Source of the DNA: Takakia lepidozioides
Taxonomy: Eukaryota; Plantae; Bryophyta
Assembly: GCA_030704615.1 (NCBI GenBank)
Contig: CM060731.1
Coordinates: forward strand, 42,966,001 to 43,030,000
DNA: 64,000 nucleotides
Direction of reading: 5' to 3'
A program made the position numbers and the translations under genes. This document shows positions 41,059 through 53,877 of this stretch, one piece after another; position 1 is the stretch's first letter; each line of letters begins with the position of its first letter. The notes below the pieces were generated by a model. The model saw only the letters and a program-made list of their open reading frames with translations, did not search any database and was not told the origin of the DNA.

Positions 41059-41564
41059 GTAAGATCCATGGGGCGGGGACTCCCTTGGCTTAAGGTCGTC
41101 CTCTTTTCTTTTTTAAATTGGTTTTTTTTATTCTAATTCTAGGGATCTGAGCAATCCACCAAGATCTTCAAGAGATCTCAACCATTCAACGCGAGACAAA
41201 ACATTCCTATCTTTAGGTGACATAACCGAGGTTTGGAGGCATTTTGCCTACGTGGCAAAATTTCATTTGTCCCGGACAGGCCTGATTGTCAAACATATAA
41301 GGCCTTTCCCTTGCATGTAACATCAGCCTGGCACCTGAGGAAATGCAAGTCTGTGTCTTCAAGACCATGTCTATGGTCAAGTGAGGAACAAATGCATTGA
41401 TTGTCTTAAGACAATCAAAACACAAGCATATTGAAGCTCGTGAAAATGCAAACACCTACACAAAAATGAAACTTTCCAATTCCTTTGAATATTGTTTTGA
41501 CTCTGTGTAAAAGGCAAATGAGCTGGTGGTTTTATTAATGGGAGCTAAACTTCACATTATTGAT

Positions 41565-41930
41565 TTTTTATTTTTTCATTTTTTGAAGGGAAACACCCAA
41601 GAGCTACCAGTCACAAACCAGGCCCCTTAGAGGAGGAGATGCAACTGTCTATTACGAGATACTCAATCTCTCACGGAGGTCTTCCATGACGAGGATCAGA
41701 AATGCTTGGTCGATTAGCACTGACTCTTAGACAACCCCTTGAGCTATAGTTGCTTTTAAGCTGCTTGTGGCCCCCTCCTTCATTGGTAACCTCGCCACTA
41801 GGCACCGAGCACAAAGCTCAAGGGATACCGCCCAAGGGAAGATCATACCACACCCGAGAAGGTAGCAGGATTTGAACCCAGAATCATCCTAGGTGGCACT
41901 CAGTGCTCTATCCAACTAAGCTAAAAACAG
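41565..41930 (-). mobile_element. tRNA-derived SINE
   Basis: Minus strand shows A box TAGCTTAGTTGG, B box GGTTCAAATCC, a ~280-bp unrelated body and an A-rich tail. Confidence 0.7.
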
Positions 41931-42299
41931 GCGGTCGTTTCTTTTTCTGAAAGCAAATGAAAATCCCGAAATGGAATGAAAGAACCGAGAGAAAATAACC
42001 TTGGAATAATAGTCTAAATACTGCATCTACAATTGTAACAATTTATGATGGCATAGGTATACTGCATATTATATCGCGTAGTGGTACAAGCACCTTTGGG
42101 GTATGTGTGAATTGCTTGGTTTATCAGGTTACATTTATACTTATGTGCTTTGTGCTATTGTATACTCCCTGCTTTTCTCAGGGGTGCCTGTAACACTGGC
42201 TGTCTACCTATCCTTGCACTTGAGAGTGAGGTTGAATTGTTAAGCTGCAGATGAATCATAGGGAGAGGGAAACTTCGAACAAACTGTGTTTCAGTAAGA

Positions 42300-42665
42300 T
42301 GTGTGCTCTTACGGCGGCCTCTGCCAAACGTGGTCAAAAAGGTGTTAGCTTCTTTGTCTGTGAATTCTTGTGTGACAATTGTCAAATTATCAACAAGGGT
42401 TTGCGGTATGAGCACAGTATATGGCTGAAATTGATATGGAAGGGTTGCGTGAGCACGGAGGACCTTTTGTGGGTTGTTTACATGCCCACAGAGGGACCCC
42501 AGGTGCTCACTCAGACGAAGCCTACGAAGACCTATAAGTTGGACTGCGCTAAGTTCCTCACCAATGGTCAGGTGGTCTTACTAGGCGGTTTCAATGCCCG
42601 AGTGGGTAAAGGTCTTCATCAGGATGATACCATTGGGCCTTTTGGTGAGGACAAGCTGAATTCTA
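42300..42665 (+). mobile_element. Non-LTR retrotransposon APE endonuclease fragment
   Basis: KGVSFFV, SIWLKL, VVYMPT and VVLLGGFNARVG (GDFNARVG-like), followed by IGPFGEDKLN. Confidence 0.7.
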
Positions 42666-42784
42666 TCGAATTTTTCAACTTAAGAAATGTTTTTTACTTT
42701 TAAATATACTAAAGTGTTTTTCATGGTGATTTACACCCAAGGTAAAATTTTCATAAATTTGATATGATTTTTTGAAGACATTAA

Positions 42785-43606
42785 CCCTTAAGTTCCCAAG
42801 CGACCTGAAACGGGTCACTTTGAATTTGCAGTTCGACCTAATTTTTGCAGATCTAATCTGATGGGGCCCACTCCTGAAGCTTTAGTGACAAGGGATTTGT
42901 CTCGAGTATGATGCAAAAAACAAAATTAAAAAAAAACAAAAGCTACAACATACAAAAAATATCTTAGATCTCTCATTTCCGTTTTGGGGCCTGAAAAGGG
43001 CTTGTTGACCGCTGATGTGGCAGGTAACAAGCCCAAAACAGATTGCACTCCAAAGGCCATTTTTGGCAGAAAATTAGCAATTTTGGAAAAAGCGCTTCAC
43101 CTTGTTAGTGTGTGAGCATTACATACACACATCCACCATTGGCTTTTAAAAATTTTGTAGAAAAAAAAGTACTTCAGTTGGGGGCACATTTTCTCTTGTC
43201 AATTTTGAGATTTCAACCCCCATGTAATTGCATGCATAGCAACCATAGGTGAAAAAATCAGTTGGACCTGCATTTAGTGGGGTCATAGCCACTCCACTAT
43301 TGATTTGGAAATGGTGGGTCTTGGGGCAAGCAAAATTGGATAAAGCTAGGTTTTGATTTGGTCAAACCAATTTCTTTCTCACTTTTTTCTTTGGGACCTG
43401 ATATTTGAGGTCTGGGGGGCCAACGCTATAATCTCACAATTTGCAGGGTGGACTTGGCTCATTTTTTGGTATGTCATGCATAACTGAGCCCATTGCTATA
43501 AAGTTGGAATCTCCGGATAATTTTTGGAAGGTTTCTAGGGGCAATTTACTGCAGCTGGGTACCCAAAATTGGTAAAAAGTCAAAAAAGGGCTTGGGAACT
43601 TAAGGG
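42785..43606. mobile_element. piggyBac-type non-autonomous element, 822 bp
   Basis: 17-bp perfect TIR CCCTTAAGTTCCCAAGC / GCTTGGGAACTTAAGGG flanked by TTAA at 42781-42784 and 43607-43610. Confidence 0.85.
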
Positions 43607-43777
43607 TTAAGCTTAAGAAAACCACAATATTTCACTTTTAATGAGACAATTCTAAAATATTCAAGATTTATAGTAAACATATAGGTTCATCTATGAAAAA
43701 TATTAAAAATTAATTTTCTGAAATTCAAGAGCTACAGATCGAAGTTTGACATTGAGAATTGCGTGGTCCTTTAGGGG

Positions 43778-44662
43778 TTAATATGTAGAGCAGTTTCATT
43801 CGGGCCCTGATTCTAGAATGGTCCAGGAATTGGAGTGGGGCGCTTACATAGGAAGGGCATGTGTATTAAGGAATGAGACGAGGGGGTCCAAAAAAAGAAG
43901 GGAGGAATTAGCCAAATTTAGAATAAAGAGTCATGTAGGGTTCACATGTGTCCAGGGCCTTCTAGAAGGTTCCCTTGGTCGGCAGGCTTCTAAAAGGGTC
44001 CCAGGGAAGGGGCCCCTGCCCTCTTACTACCTACTAATTTACTACCTACTAAATTAACAAACAGTGGGCTTTGCAAAGGCAGGGGCCCCAAAAAAAAGCA
44101 ACAAACATGAATGAATCAATCAATAGAAACCACAATATGTAATTATAAACTGTCTGGAAAAACTGCAGAGACATCATGGTGTTTACTGAAAATATACTTC
44201 AAATGATATACTTTATTTCACCATGACAATATACTCCAAAAAAGCATGACAACATAACAGTTCTTCCAGACAGTTTATAACTACATATTGTGGTTTGTAT
44301 TAATTAATTGATTCATGTTTGCTGTTTTTTTTTGGGGCCCTGCCTTTGTAGAGCCCACTATTTATTAATTCAGTAGGTAGTAAGAGGGGGGGCCTCCCTT
44401 ATATACCCTCTCAGGGCGGTGGACCCTCTAGAAGCCCGCCGACCCCGGGACTCTTCTAGAAGGCCATGGACACATGTCAACCCTACAAGACTCCCTATTC
44501 TAAATTTGGCTAATTCCTCCCTTCTTTTTTTGTACCCCCTCATATCATTCCTTAATACACGTGCCCTTCCTACATAAGCGCCCCACTCTAATTCATGGGC
44601 CACAGTAATTCCTGGACCACTCTAGAATCAGGGCCCGAATGAAACTGCTCTACGTATTTAAC
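43778..44662. mobile_element. Foldback element with ~390-bp inverted arms
   Basis: gtagagcagtttcattcgggccctgattctaga at the left matches tctagaatcagggcccgaatgaaactgctctac at the right; arms remain complementary to ~44165/44258; mirrored ORFs 43818(+) and 44603(-). Confidence 0.9.
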
Positions 44663-45959
44663 TCGCTTCCGGTACTGGTGTATTTATTACAGAAATAATA
44701 CCTGCCAACCTTCATCGCTATAGATTGGAAAACATAGTGCAACTGTTACTACCTACCAGCACGTCCGAATGGAAATGTGCTCCAATGTGGTGGTGAAGAC
44801 CCCTATGTTATACTTCACAGAGAAAACACCCCACTACCCCAGACCTCCATAGTTAGTAAAGCTCTCAAAGATATGCAGCATGATAACCCGAATAGAAACT
44901 GCTTCTCCGAGCATTATCGACCTCCAAAATTGTCACACCTGCAATGCACAGGACCCACCCAATTCATGCCCTCTTACTCTTCAAAATGTCCTAGCACATT
45001 CTTCGACACTACTGCACCTCACATAAACTTGCCAACCTCTATAAATACCCCCTGCAAGGAATTCTTGCAATACACATAGAGAACAATTTATGCATACTGC
45101 CTCTCATATATACCTTTCTGAACTTGGCCTGCACCTGCGACACCAACATAGGAACCCTCCTAGTACGACCTAGAAATACAGCGCTTAACACCCGCTTCAA
45201 TATCTCGTTTTAGCTTGAAACTATGCCTCAACCCCCAGCAGCTCAACCCCTGCAGCAGTCATACCCCACTTGAGTGATATATTGCTACCACCAAAAAGAT
45301 GTTGTCACCCGAAAGCAGCACCACCCACTATACAAACTACTACTGAATGCTATAATCATATCAGATTAAATCACCCCATAAGTTGCCACTGCCAGCTATA
45401 TCCACCACGTACTGCTTCAAGCATGTATACACTGTTAATGTAATATCACACCAGTATTGTCGGAAAAATAGCCAAAGACTACACATGCCGTAGCCCACCA
45501 CCGCAAGCTCTACTACAACGTGATCTGCCTAACGTGGCAACGTTTAATATGTCCTAGTCCATAGTGAGATCAAGACGTCGAGAGTTGAGACGCGATAACG
45601 TCGAGGGACTCCATAGCTGATTGTGATCAGGGGTTTTCGAAGAGGACTAATACATAAGATTTGTCGCAGATAGATGATGGATGAAGTCAGTGAATAATGC
45701 AGACAGTGAACTGGGTTGTAGATTTGAAGGTAGTAAATATGCATCATGAGATGACGAAATGTCATCTTTGAACCCGCACCATCTACTGGTTGTTGAAGCT
45801 TTATTCTGATTTACACTGTAAATGTTGTAGTACATGAAAATCAGAGGCAAGAACTTATGAGATTCCAGGCTAGTTTGTACATACGCAGATATGAGATATG
45901 AGAAATTATTGTGCACAGTAATCCGTGACAATTTCTGTGATAGTACTTGATGCCACCAT

Positions 45960-47650
45960 TTTTTTTTGCTGGTACCAAGAGCTTGTATATTAGCCGACAT
46001 TTGAGAGTTATCCATCACGTTAATGTTGAAGACGTTTGTAATTCCTCCAGTGAATTGCAGGAAAGAAGATGAACCTCCATTTATAAACCCCACGTTATCA
46101 ATATCAGCTTCTGTACTCATAGGCAATGGAGCAAAATTTACTTGGACACGACCTTGCAAAGTATAAGGCATGGTCCTATACAGCTTGTCATAGTCGACAT
46201 TATGCCAATCAAAATCATTCCACCACCTATAGTACTCGTCAAGCGACTCCTGGATCATAAGGTTCACGGCCCATCGCTTGAGCAGCACGGTGCTTGATGG
46301 TGGCACTCTTGTCGTAACGAGATAGAGTCTTTGTATTTATGTGCCCCGTTATTGTCGTCATCACGCTCTCTCGCACTTGTGCGGCCATCATTCTGGTAAT
46401 GGAAGTTACACGGCCAGACTTATTAGTGATGTCTTTGGTAATACCTATAGCCAATGCCATTTCGTTCATCCAGCCACGTATTATACTTTCTCCTACATTG
46501 ATACCTTTTTTGAACCATTACGAGGATTGTTGATCGGGACAGAAACAAATGCTCATCCTCAGAGTCTGTGGGTATGTGATCAGCAAGGGCTCTCCATGTC
46601 AACAGAACATTGGCGTCATAGGAATAAACAGCAGGTCGAAAGTGCTCGTCCTGGAACCTGTTCATGGAAACTTTATAATTCTTGCTCGTTCGTTCATCAT
46701 ACCTACCAAAAGTTAATACATACTATAGGTCAGGGTGCAAATAAGAAGTGGAAAAGACCTCAATCAGTGATAAATATATACTGTCTCTATTCATGATAGT
46801 TGAGATATGCATCATACTTACTTGAGATAAGTCTGGCCTTTACCATCAGTTCCCAGTGTGAAATTGCTAAGAATGAGCCTATACAACTCCATGTTCCCGC
46901 GGATCAGAAACACAACGAAACATAAATAAGCAAATCTTTTGTGGACACCGTGAGGATGAATAGGTTGATGTAGCATATGATCCAGAATTCTCTTTTCTTC
47001 CACGTAAGTGAGGGCATCTACTTTTCTCCGGGCCTTATTCACACTAGCATTGCGACTATGTTGCATCGCTACGTGGACTGCCTTGTTTGCACCAAGGAAA
47101 AATGGATGATGGTGGATATCAAACTGTAGTTCTTGGACCCTGGTAGTGTTGACTCGAGCTTAGCTCGTATTAATAATCTGTTGAAGCTCATATAAAGATT
47201 CATGATACTATCTGTAGGATATCTCTCTCCGTTGTCTTTGCATAGCATTAAGAAAAATTTGCTCAACATTTGGCCAAAAGCGGAATAGCTTCAAGCTGTT
47301 GAGAAGTGTCCATGTTTTGGTGCTTTCTCCAAGCATTGAACCGATTAATGCACCAGTTCTCATTCCGAGCACTCGGAGTACAAGAATTCTTCGCTACACA
47401 GTCCCACTTAGCTTGGTTTAAAGGTATGAAGACACCAGGGTTGGACTGAACAAGAACTACCACATCATCAGATGCAGGAAGCGATGGCAAATTAAGAATA
47501 TCGGTGTCAAGACCAGTGACAGATGGAGACACTCTTCCTCTAGAAATCGAAACCCTAGGTTTCTTTCTCTTGTTGCCCACTATCAATATTGCTCTCACAA
47601 CCATCAATATTGAGATCGAAGGAAGGTTGACATGCAGGAAGTAGATCAAC
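45960..47650 (-). mobile_element. Crypton-like tyrosine recombinase (DUF3504-type) pseudogene
   Basis: NWCINRFNAWR, LSKFFLMLCKDNGERYPTDSI, FLIRGNMEL (Arg), ERTSKNY (Lys), ITNKSGRVTSITRM, ITGHINTKTLSRY (His, Tyr) and C-terminal FTGGITNVFNINV; intron 46821-46703; frameshifts. Confidence 0.78.
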
Positions 47651-48039
47651 GCAGTTAGATTGCATAGCAGGATCAGATATGGGACCCTGCATCATGACAA
47701 CATAACATTGTTGATGAGCTTGTTTGGAGGAAAATTTCATCACTGCAATCAGAACCTACCAAATTTAGCTACACGATATCATGCAAGGCGAACGAAAACA
47801 AAAGGCTTAATGCGTCCAGAAACCTCGGTTATGTCAAGTAGACGAGGAGGCTAGACCGGCTACGAGGTGTAGCCGGTCTAGCCTCCCCGGTACCTAGTCC
47901 GTAGGGAAAGTCGCCCCGCCCCGCCTGGCCCACATTGGTGCTCAAGCCCTACTGCCTACAACTCCCCTCACACTGCGATAAGCCCTCCGATGGGGAGACC
48001 TACCCAATGTACATCATCCTATAATCTATGTGTCAAGTT

Positions 48040-49445
48040 GTAGCCCTAGTGGTAATGGGCACATACCACCTCGGAAGTGGTTGTGGGGTTCAACCTACCG
48101 TTTGGAAGGTGTCCAGTGTCCACCTTCCTACTGGAAGGTAATAGCCCATGGGCGTCAAGAGACACCATAGTTTACACTTTCTTGGGGGCGTTGAGATGTC
48201 CCAAACCGCAAGGCCCCAGCCCTGGTGCTTGGTACCGTTGGAAAGCCCTCGATGAGGAGGGGTGCACCGGCTTGGTCTCCTGATTTTTGGACCTACGGTG
48301 TGAGAGATGTGGAATTTCAAGTACTTTGGGATCGATGGAAATTCCTGAAAAATAGCAAAGTGGGCTAAGTAATTTCTGGGACAATGATTGGATCGAGATT
48401 TATGGAATTATAAACAATTTTGGTCGCTGAAAATTCGTGAAGAATAGCAAAGTAGGCTTTCCATGGGCCTCGACATGGTTTTTTCTGTCGAATTTCAAGT
48501 ACTTTTGGTCGCTGGAAATTCGTGAAAAATAGAAAAGTGGGCTTTCCTGGGACAATGATTGGAATATATTGCTACTTAATAAATTCATGGAAAACAATAA
48601 ATTGGTTTTTTCTCTGGAATTTCATGTACTTTTGGTCGCTGGAAATTCGTGAAAAATAGCAAAGCGGGCTTTCCTGGGACAATGATTGGATATATGGCTA
48701 CTCAATAAATTCATGGAAAAAAATAAATTGGGCCTTGACATGGGAGACGTACTTAGATAGATATGATATGGGACTTCGGCTTAGATGACACTGGACACTT
48801 GGGCCTCTACTTGGGAGATGCACTTGGATACATGAATGTTAGAAGATTGCACTTTGGGCTTAGATCGACATAGGAGACGCACTTGGATACATATGAAATT
48901 GAACTTGGTCTTAGATTTCAATTGTTCACACATTGGCCAACGGCATAGGCTACACTAGAGGTCGCACTTGGGCCTCGACATAGAAGACGCACAGGGATAC
49001 ATAGGAAATTGTATTTGGTCTTATATTTCAAGTCTTCACACATGGGCCAAAGGTACAGGCTATCCTAGAGGTTGCATCTAGGCCTCGATATAGGAGACTC
49101 ACTGGGATACATAGAAGATCTTACACTTGGACTTAGATGACACTAGACACTTGGGCCACAAGCTACCCTAGAGGTCGCATTTGGGCCTCGATATAGGAGA
49201 TGCACTTGGATACATAGGGGATGCACTTGCACTTAGATGACATTGAACACTTGGGCCAACGGCATAGGCTACCCTAATATATATCAATATACGATATGAA
49301 TCAAGACATTTGTTTTGTTTTATTTTGTAGCGTCGTTGAGATGTCCCAAACAGCGGGGCCCCAGCCCGAGTGCTTGGTGCCGTTGGAAAGCCCTCGATGA
49401 GGAGGGGTGCACCGGCTTGGTCTTATGATTTTTGGACCAACGACA
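48040..49445. repeat. Composite non-coding repeat: ~110-bp direct repeat enclosing two tandem arrays
   Basis: cgttgagatgtcccaaac...ccgttggaaagccctcgatgaggaggggtgcaccggcttggtc at ~48189 and 49334; ~115-bp units in 48310-48740; ~60-bp units (tgggcctcgacataggagacgcacttggatacata) in 48730-49275; partial homology at 57080-57150. Confidence 0.75.
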
Positions 49446-49559
49446 TGTTGATGGTTCTGGTCGCAAGGCCTACATCACCATTGAATGAGTGAACATTTTG
49501 TGAGAAGGCCCGGTGGACAATTCACGGAATCAGAAGATCGACATAATATATGGGATACA

Positions 49560-52500
49560 AAAGAAAGAACGAAGATGCAATGTAGTGTCGATTGTCTCAA
49601 GGAAAGCGACCTTATGCCTCATAAGATGAAAGGTATTGAAAGAGGACAACATTATGTTCTGAAGGTCCTACCCGTTGATATGAATGGGAAGGAAGTGAAT
49701 AAACAATCGAATGAGGTACATTGTTGTTTGATATTACGTTGTGCTAGATGTATTGTGACAAAATTATGGGTCTACACCTCCATTTCGTTGCACCAAAGAG
49801 GATGGGAAACCTCCCAGGTGATTACAGCCTACAGTGTCAATTTTTTGCTGTCATAGCACTGTCTTTTCCAGATATAGAATAGTGGTAAATTATCATACTC
49901 CTACATGACAATGCCATCAATAAAAGGGACTAACATATAGAGACTCATCTACGTATACTTTCACACTTTTAAATCTCATTATCAAAAACCAGAATCTCTA
50001 GATGCTATGGACTTTTAAAAAGTCCATAAGGAATTGTCACAGTCAATAAAAAAAAAGACGTTATGGACATTTTTAAATATAGGAGTTAGAACAAAGTCAA
50101 GAAAAGGGACTCTCAAACTTGCTTTGGAGAATGAGGAATCTGGAATGAAAACTATCATTCAAAAATATGAAGTTAAAAAATAATTATGTACTATTTTGAG
50201 CCTAAAAAATAGCTATTTTTATACAGTCCTTTATGACTAAATTCTCTTGAAATAACAAAAAAAAATTCATTAGAGGCATTCATTCACCATAAATGAGTAT
50301 GATCAAATTTCAAAAAAATATTTGTGAATTGATATTATCGCAATTTAAAAATCTTGGTTTTAACAGTCAATAATAGACGGTCAAGATTGTCAGTTGAAGC
50401 AAATCTGATGGTTGAGGATTTGCGACATCCTCCTTTATATACTCTTTACGTACTCATGATCTGCCATTTTTGGTCCACTCTAGTTTGCAATCACCCTCCC
50501 GTCCTCAGTCAATGGCATCATGTCTTGTAGTCGTTGCACCAAAGATAATGGGAGACCTCCTGTTCTCATTCAGTGACATCATGTCTTGTAATTGTTGCAT
50601 CAAAGACAACGGGAGACCTCCCGTCCTTGTAATGGATGTGTCTTTATTATTGGACACGTTTTCTTTTGATTTTTGTCCAGTTTGCTTTTGTTTCAAGCCA
50701 ACAAACTTCTAGGTCTTACGTCGTTGTCGAAGTCCACGAAAAAAATCTGAACGTGGAGATTCAGAAGTCAGGTGGTAAGTGCGCGAATTGCGAAATCTTT
50801 AAAGACTTAATCCACAAATCAGTCAACAGAACTGGGGAGCAGAAAAAATACAAGAAAAAACTGGCATTTGTGAACCATTTCAAAGTTTGATGTTGTCTAA
50901 TCTGAACGAGTAGCCATTGTTACTCATTTGTCTGTCTCCCTACCCTCTGGACGCAAAGAGTGGTTTTCTCTTCTTTATCTTTGAGAAGGAAGGGGAAATT
51001 CCCCATATCAAACTTATCCAGAAGATATACTTGAAGCATCAAGAGTCGTGTCGAAGGCTTTATCACAGTTGGAGGAATGAATCAACGATGATGGGGGAGG
51101 AATTTCTATGTATTATTCAGGATAAGATGGACCATTCAAAGACTGCATTGCCAAGGTTACAGGTAACAAACAAGATGATATCTGTTCTAGGGCAGCTGCC
51201 GATATCATTGACAGGCATGGTGACCCACGGACATGGCGATGGTGCCTATGCTCAGTTGTCCAACGAATTCTGGTTGAATGATTTCACCTTTATGATTGGC
51301 TCGTTGGCTCATTGTCTTCGGCAACTTGAGAAAGCACGTTGCCGTGAAACAGCAAAACATTTCGATTTACCGATGCCAAACTCATTTTTTGATACCATCA
51401 TGAGGCAAAAATCGGGGTGTGAAAGAGCTCCAAACCCTTTACTGTTGAAGGGCAAGGTGGACCAAAGCCATTACCACGTTGACTCTATCTACAAATGGAC
51501 AATTGCGTAAAGGACAACAATAATCGATGGATGCTGGCATTTCTGTCGCTTCTTACAGCAAGAGGGGTTTTTGAAGAGATCCAGCTTGGATTCTTGATGG
51601 TAGGTCATATGAACGAGGACATTGATGCATACTGTAGTTATCTCTCTCGAAGCTGAAACAGAACAATACATATATCATGACAGATCTCATGCGCATATTT
51701 ATTGAGTCTCAACAGCTCTCATTCATTCCTCAGTTGATACAAGAGGTTTCAAATTTCAAGAAGTATGTGGACAGGTACATAATTGATGGGAATGATAGGC
51801 TGATCGGGATGACATAGATGCATATTTTTTGATTTTATGTTGATGGTGAGGGTTGGCCAGTAATGAAATATAAGAAATCGGGTACCGATGCTGACTGGCT
51901 TCTAAAATATGGTACTGTGAAAATGTGGAAGGTGGCATAGGCCCCAACCTGAAAATGGGCAGTAGCCGGAAGGCAAAGTGGCTCTTAGTTATGCCGGCCT
52001 CGGCCAAAGTCTTCTCTCTCTTTAGAAGGTGGCAGAGGACGGGATCTCTCCTTCTCCCAAAAGGGGAGCCAGTCTCTATTCCGCTGAACCCTATTTGGGA
52101 AGGTAAGAGCGAACGAGAATCTCGTGAGAAAAATGTCCATATTGTGAATTCATGATATATCTAAATATCGTGAATCTTGGAGACGTGGAATGGAGTTGGA
52201 CAACAACTATGGAGCCATCATGAAGAACTTTGATGAATAGTGGAAGGATATTCTAGTGGAACTTGACAGACCTTTGCCACCTCCCAATGACAAGCTTCAC
52301 AAAGGGTTCTGGCCTTCGACTCGATGGAAAGATAATCATGAGAGAGATGGAAAACGATGAAGAGGCAGAGGAGGAGGATGTGAATCAGATGGATCCATAT
52401 TGTGGACCAAGGAGCCAAAAGCCTAAGGAGCCAATGAACCCCTCAAGGACATTGAGGTTGGAAATTTCGTTCTTGTTCGGCCAGCAGACACTGAGACGTA

Positions 52501-53877
52501 TCCAGTCTGGATGGGTGTGGCAATTTCAAAGGTCGTTCGTGACAAGTCGAGTCCTCGGTATCGCCAAGTCCTTGTGGAGTGGTGGAGACCTAAAGGTGGT
52601 ACACCCGATGATGTGGAGAGATATATAAATTGTTGGAGTAAAGTTTGGGAGTTCAACCCGTCTGTCCACCAACTTGGATTTAGACAAACAACATTTTGTG
52701 GACGATGCGTCCTCGTAAGAATACCTCCAAATCAAGCTGCAACCGTATTGGAAAGATGGAGGCATAGAAAGCGAAAGAAAAACTTTACACTGCGAACAGA
52801 CAGACAAAGAAAAGGAAAATGTCTACACTGCGAACGAGCAAACTGAGCATGATGAAGCCCATTCTAGAGAAGGGCACGAGAGACCTCCCGTGGTATAATG
52901 GCCTCATGATTTAGACTTTTCGATTGCTTCACTTTCAACCTTTCGAAAAGGCAAAGTAGATATCTCTATCAGAATTCTATTTAGAAGTTGGACAAATGAG
53001 AATGGGAGATCTCCTGTGGTGTAATAATGTCCACATAACATAGACTTTTTTCTTCTCCTCCAGTTTCAACATTTCGGAGATGCAATGTAAATATCTGTTA
53101 GGAAATCCGAAATGCATCTCAGGATGTTGGACAGACAAGAACGGGAGATCTCCCGTGGTGTAATAATGTCCACATAACATAGACATTTTTCTTCTCCTCC
53201 AGTTTCAACATTTCGGAGATGCAATGTAAAGAGTTGTTAGGAAATACATTTCAGGTGTGGTTTCCTTTGTATGCTACTCTCGGGGATTGCTGGACATAAT
53301 TTTTGAGTGTATTTCTAGAATTAGTGAGTAGGATTTATATGGCATGGACAAAAAGTTCATGATGTGTTAAAACAGCTTGATCCTGTGGCTGAAATAGATT
53401 ACGCAGTGGAACTAGTGGGCCGCTTGGATTCCCGCATGTTGGACTTCCCCCAAAGGTCATCTCAGCCTCCCGACCTCGGCCGTACATCGGGGAGCCTTCT
53501 AGGCACGGGAATCCCCTGCACGGGAGGTGATCTCCTGTTCATCAATGACCACAATGTGATTTGTGAACATGATATTAACTCAATTATATTTCAAAATCAG
53601 AGCTAAATATCTTTAGCCAATTTCTTAAAGGTGTAGCTAATATATGATTTGGTTTTGTGGATTTACTCATTTCATGCACAAAGTGCACGGGAGATCCCCC
53701 TTCGTCAATTGTCATATGATTATCGAATGTTATTTTTTCAATAATAATTCCCAAAGTTGAAATTATTGGTTTAAAATTGATTTTAATACAATTTTATTGT
53801 TATTTTTAATCACTTTTTGTTATTTATGAGAAGTCCAGATTTCATGTTTTAGTCCAGATTTACTTAAAACGTAGTTT
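49560..53877 (+). mobile_element. Sola-like transposon copy 2 (diverged, 5' truncated, with insertions)
   Basis: Collinear with copy 1: DLMPHK, same intron donor (49716), SCRRLYHSWRNESTMM..EFLCII.DK.DH, LPISLTGMVTHGHGDGAY, DNCVKDNNNRWMLAFLSLL, GFLMVGHMNEDID, VEWWRPK; the end at 53830-53877 resembles the reverse complement of 25418. Confidence 0.8.

Noticed and set aside
41860-41930. tRNA gene
   Set aside because: A and B boxes are present, but there is no convincing acceptor or anticodon stem, and it continues into a body and A-tail, so it is a SINE head
43818-44603. Pair of similar small proteins on opposite strands
   Set aside because: Artefact of the foldback inverted repeat
48310-49275. 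CRISPR-like repeat-spacer array
   Set aside because: Units are degenerate tandem copies without unique spacers, the context is eukaryotic and there are no cas genes
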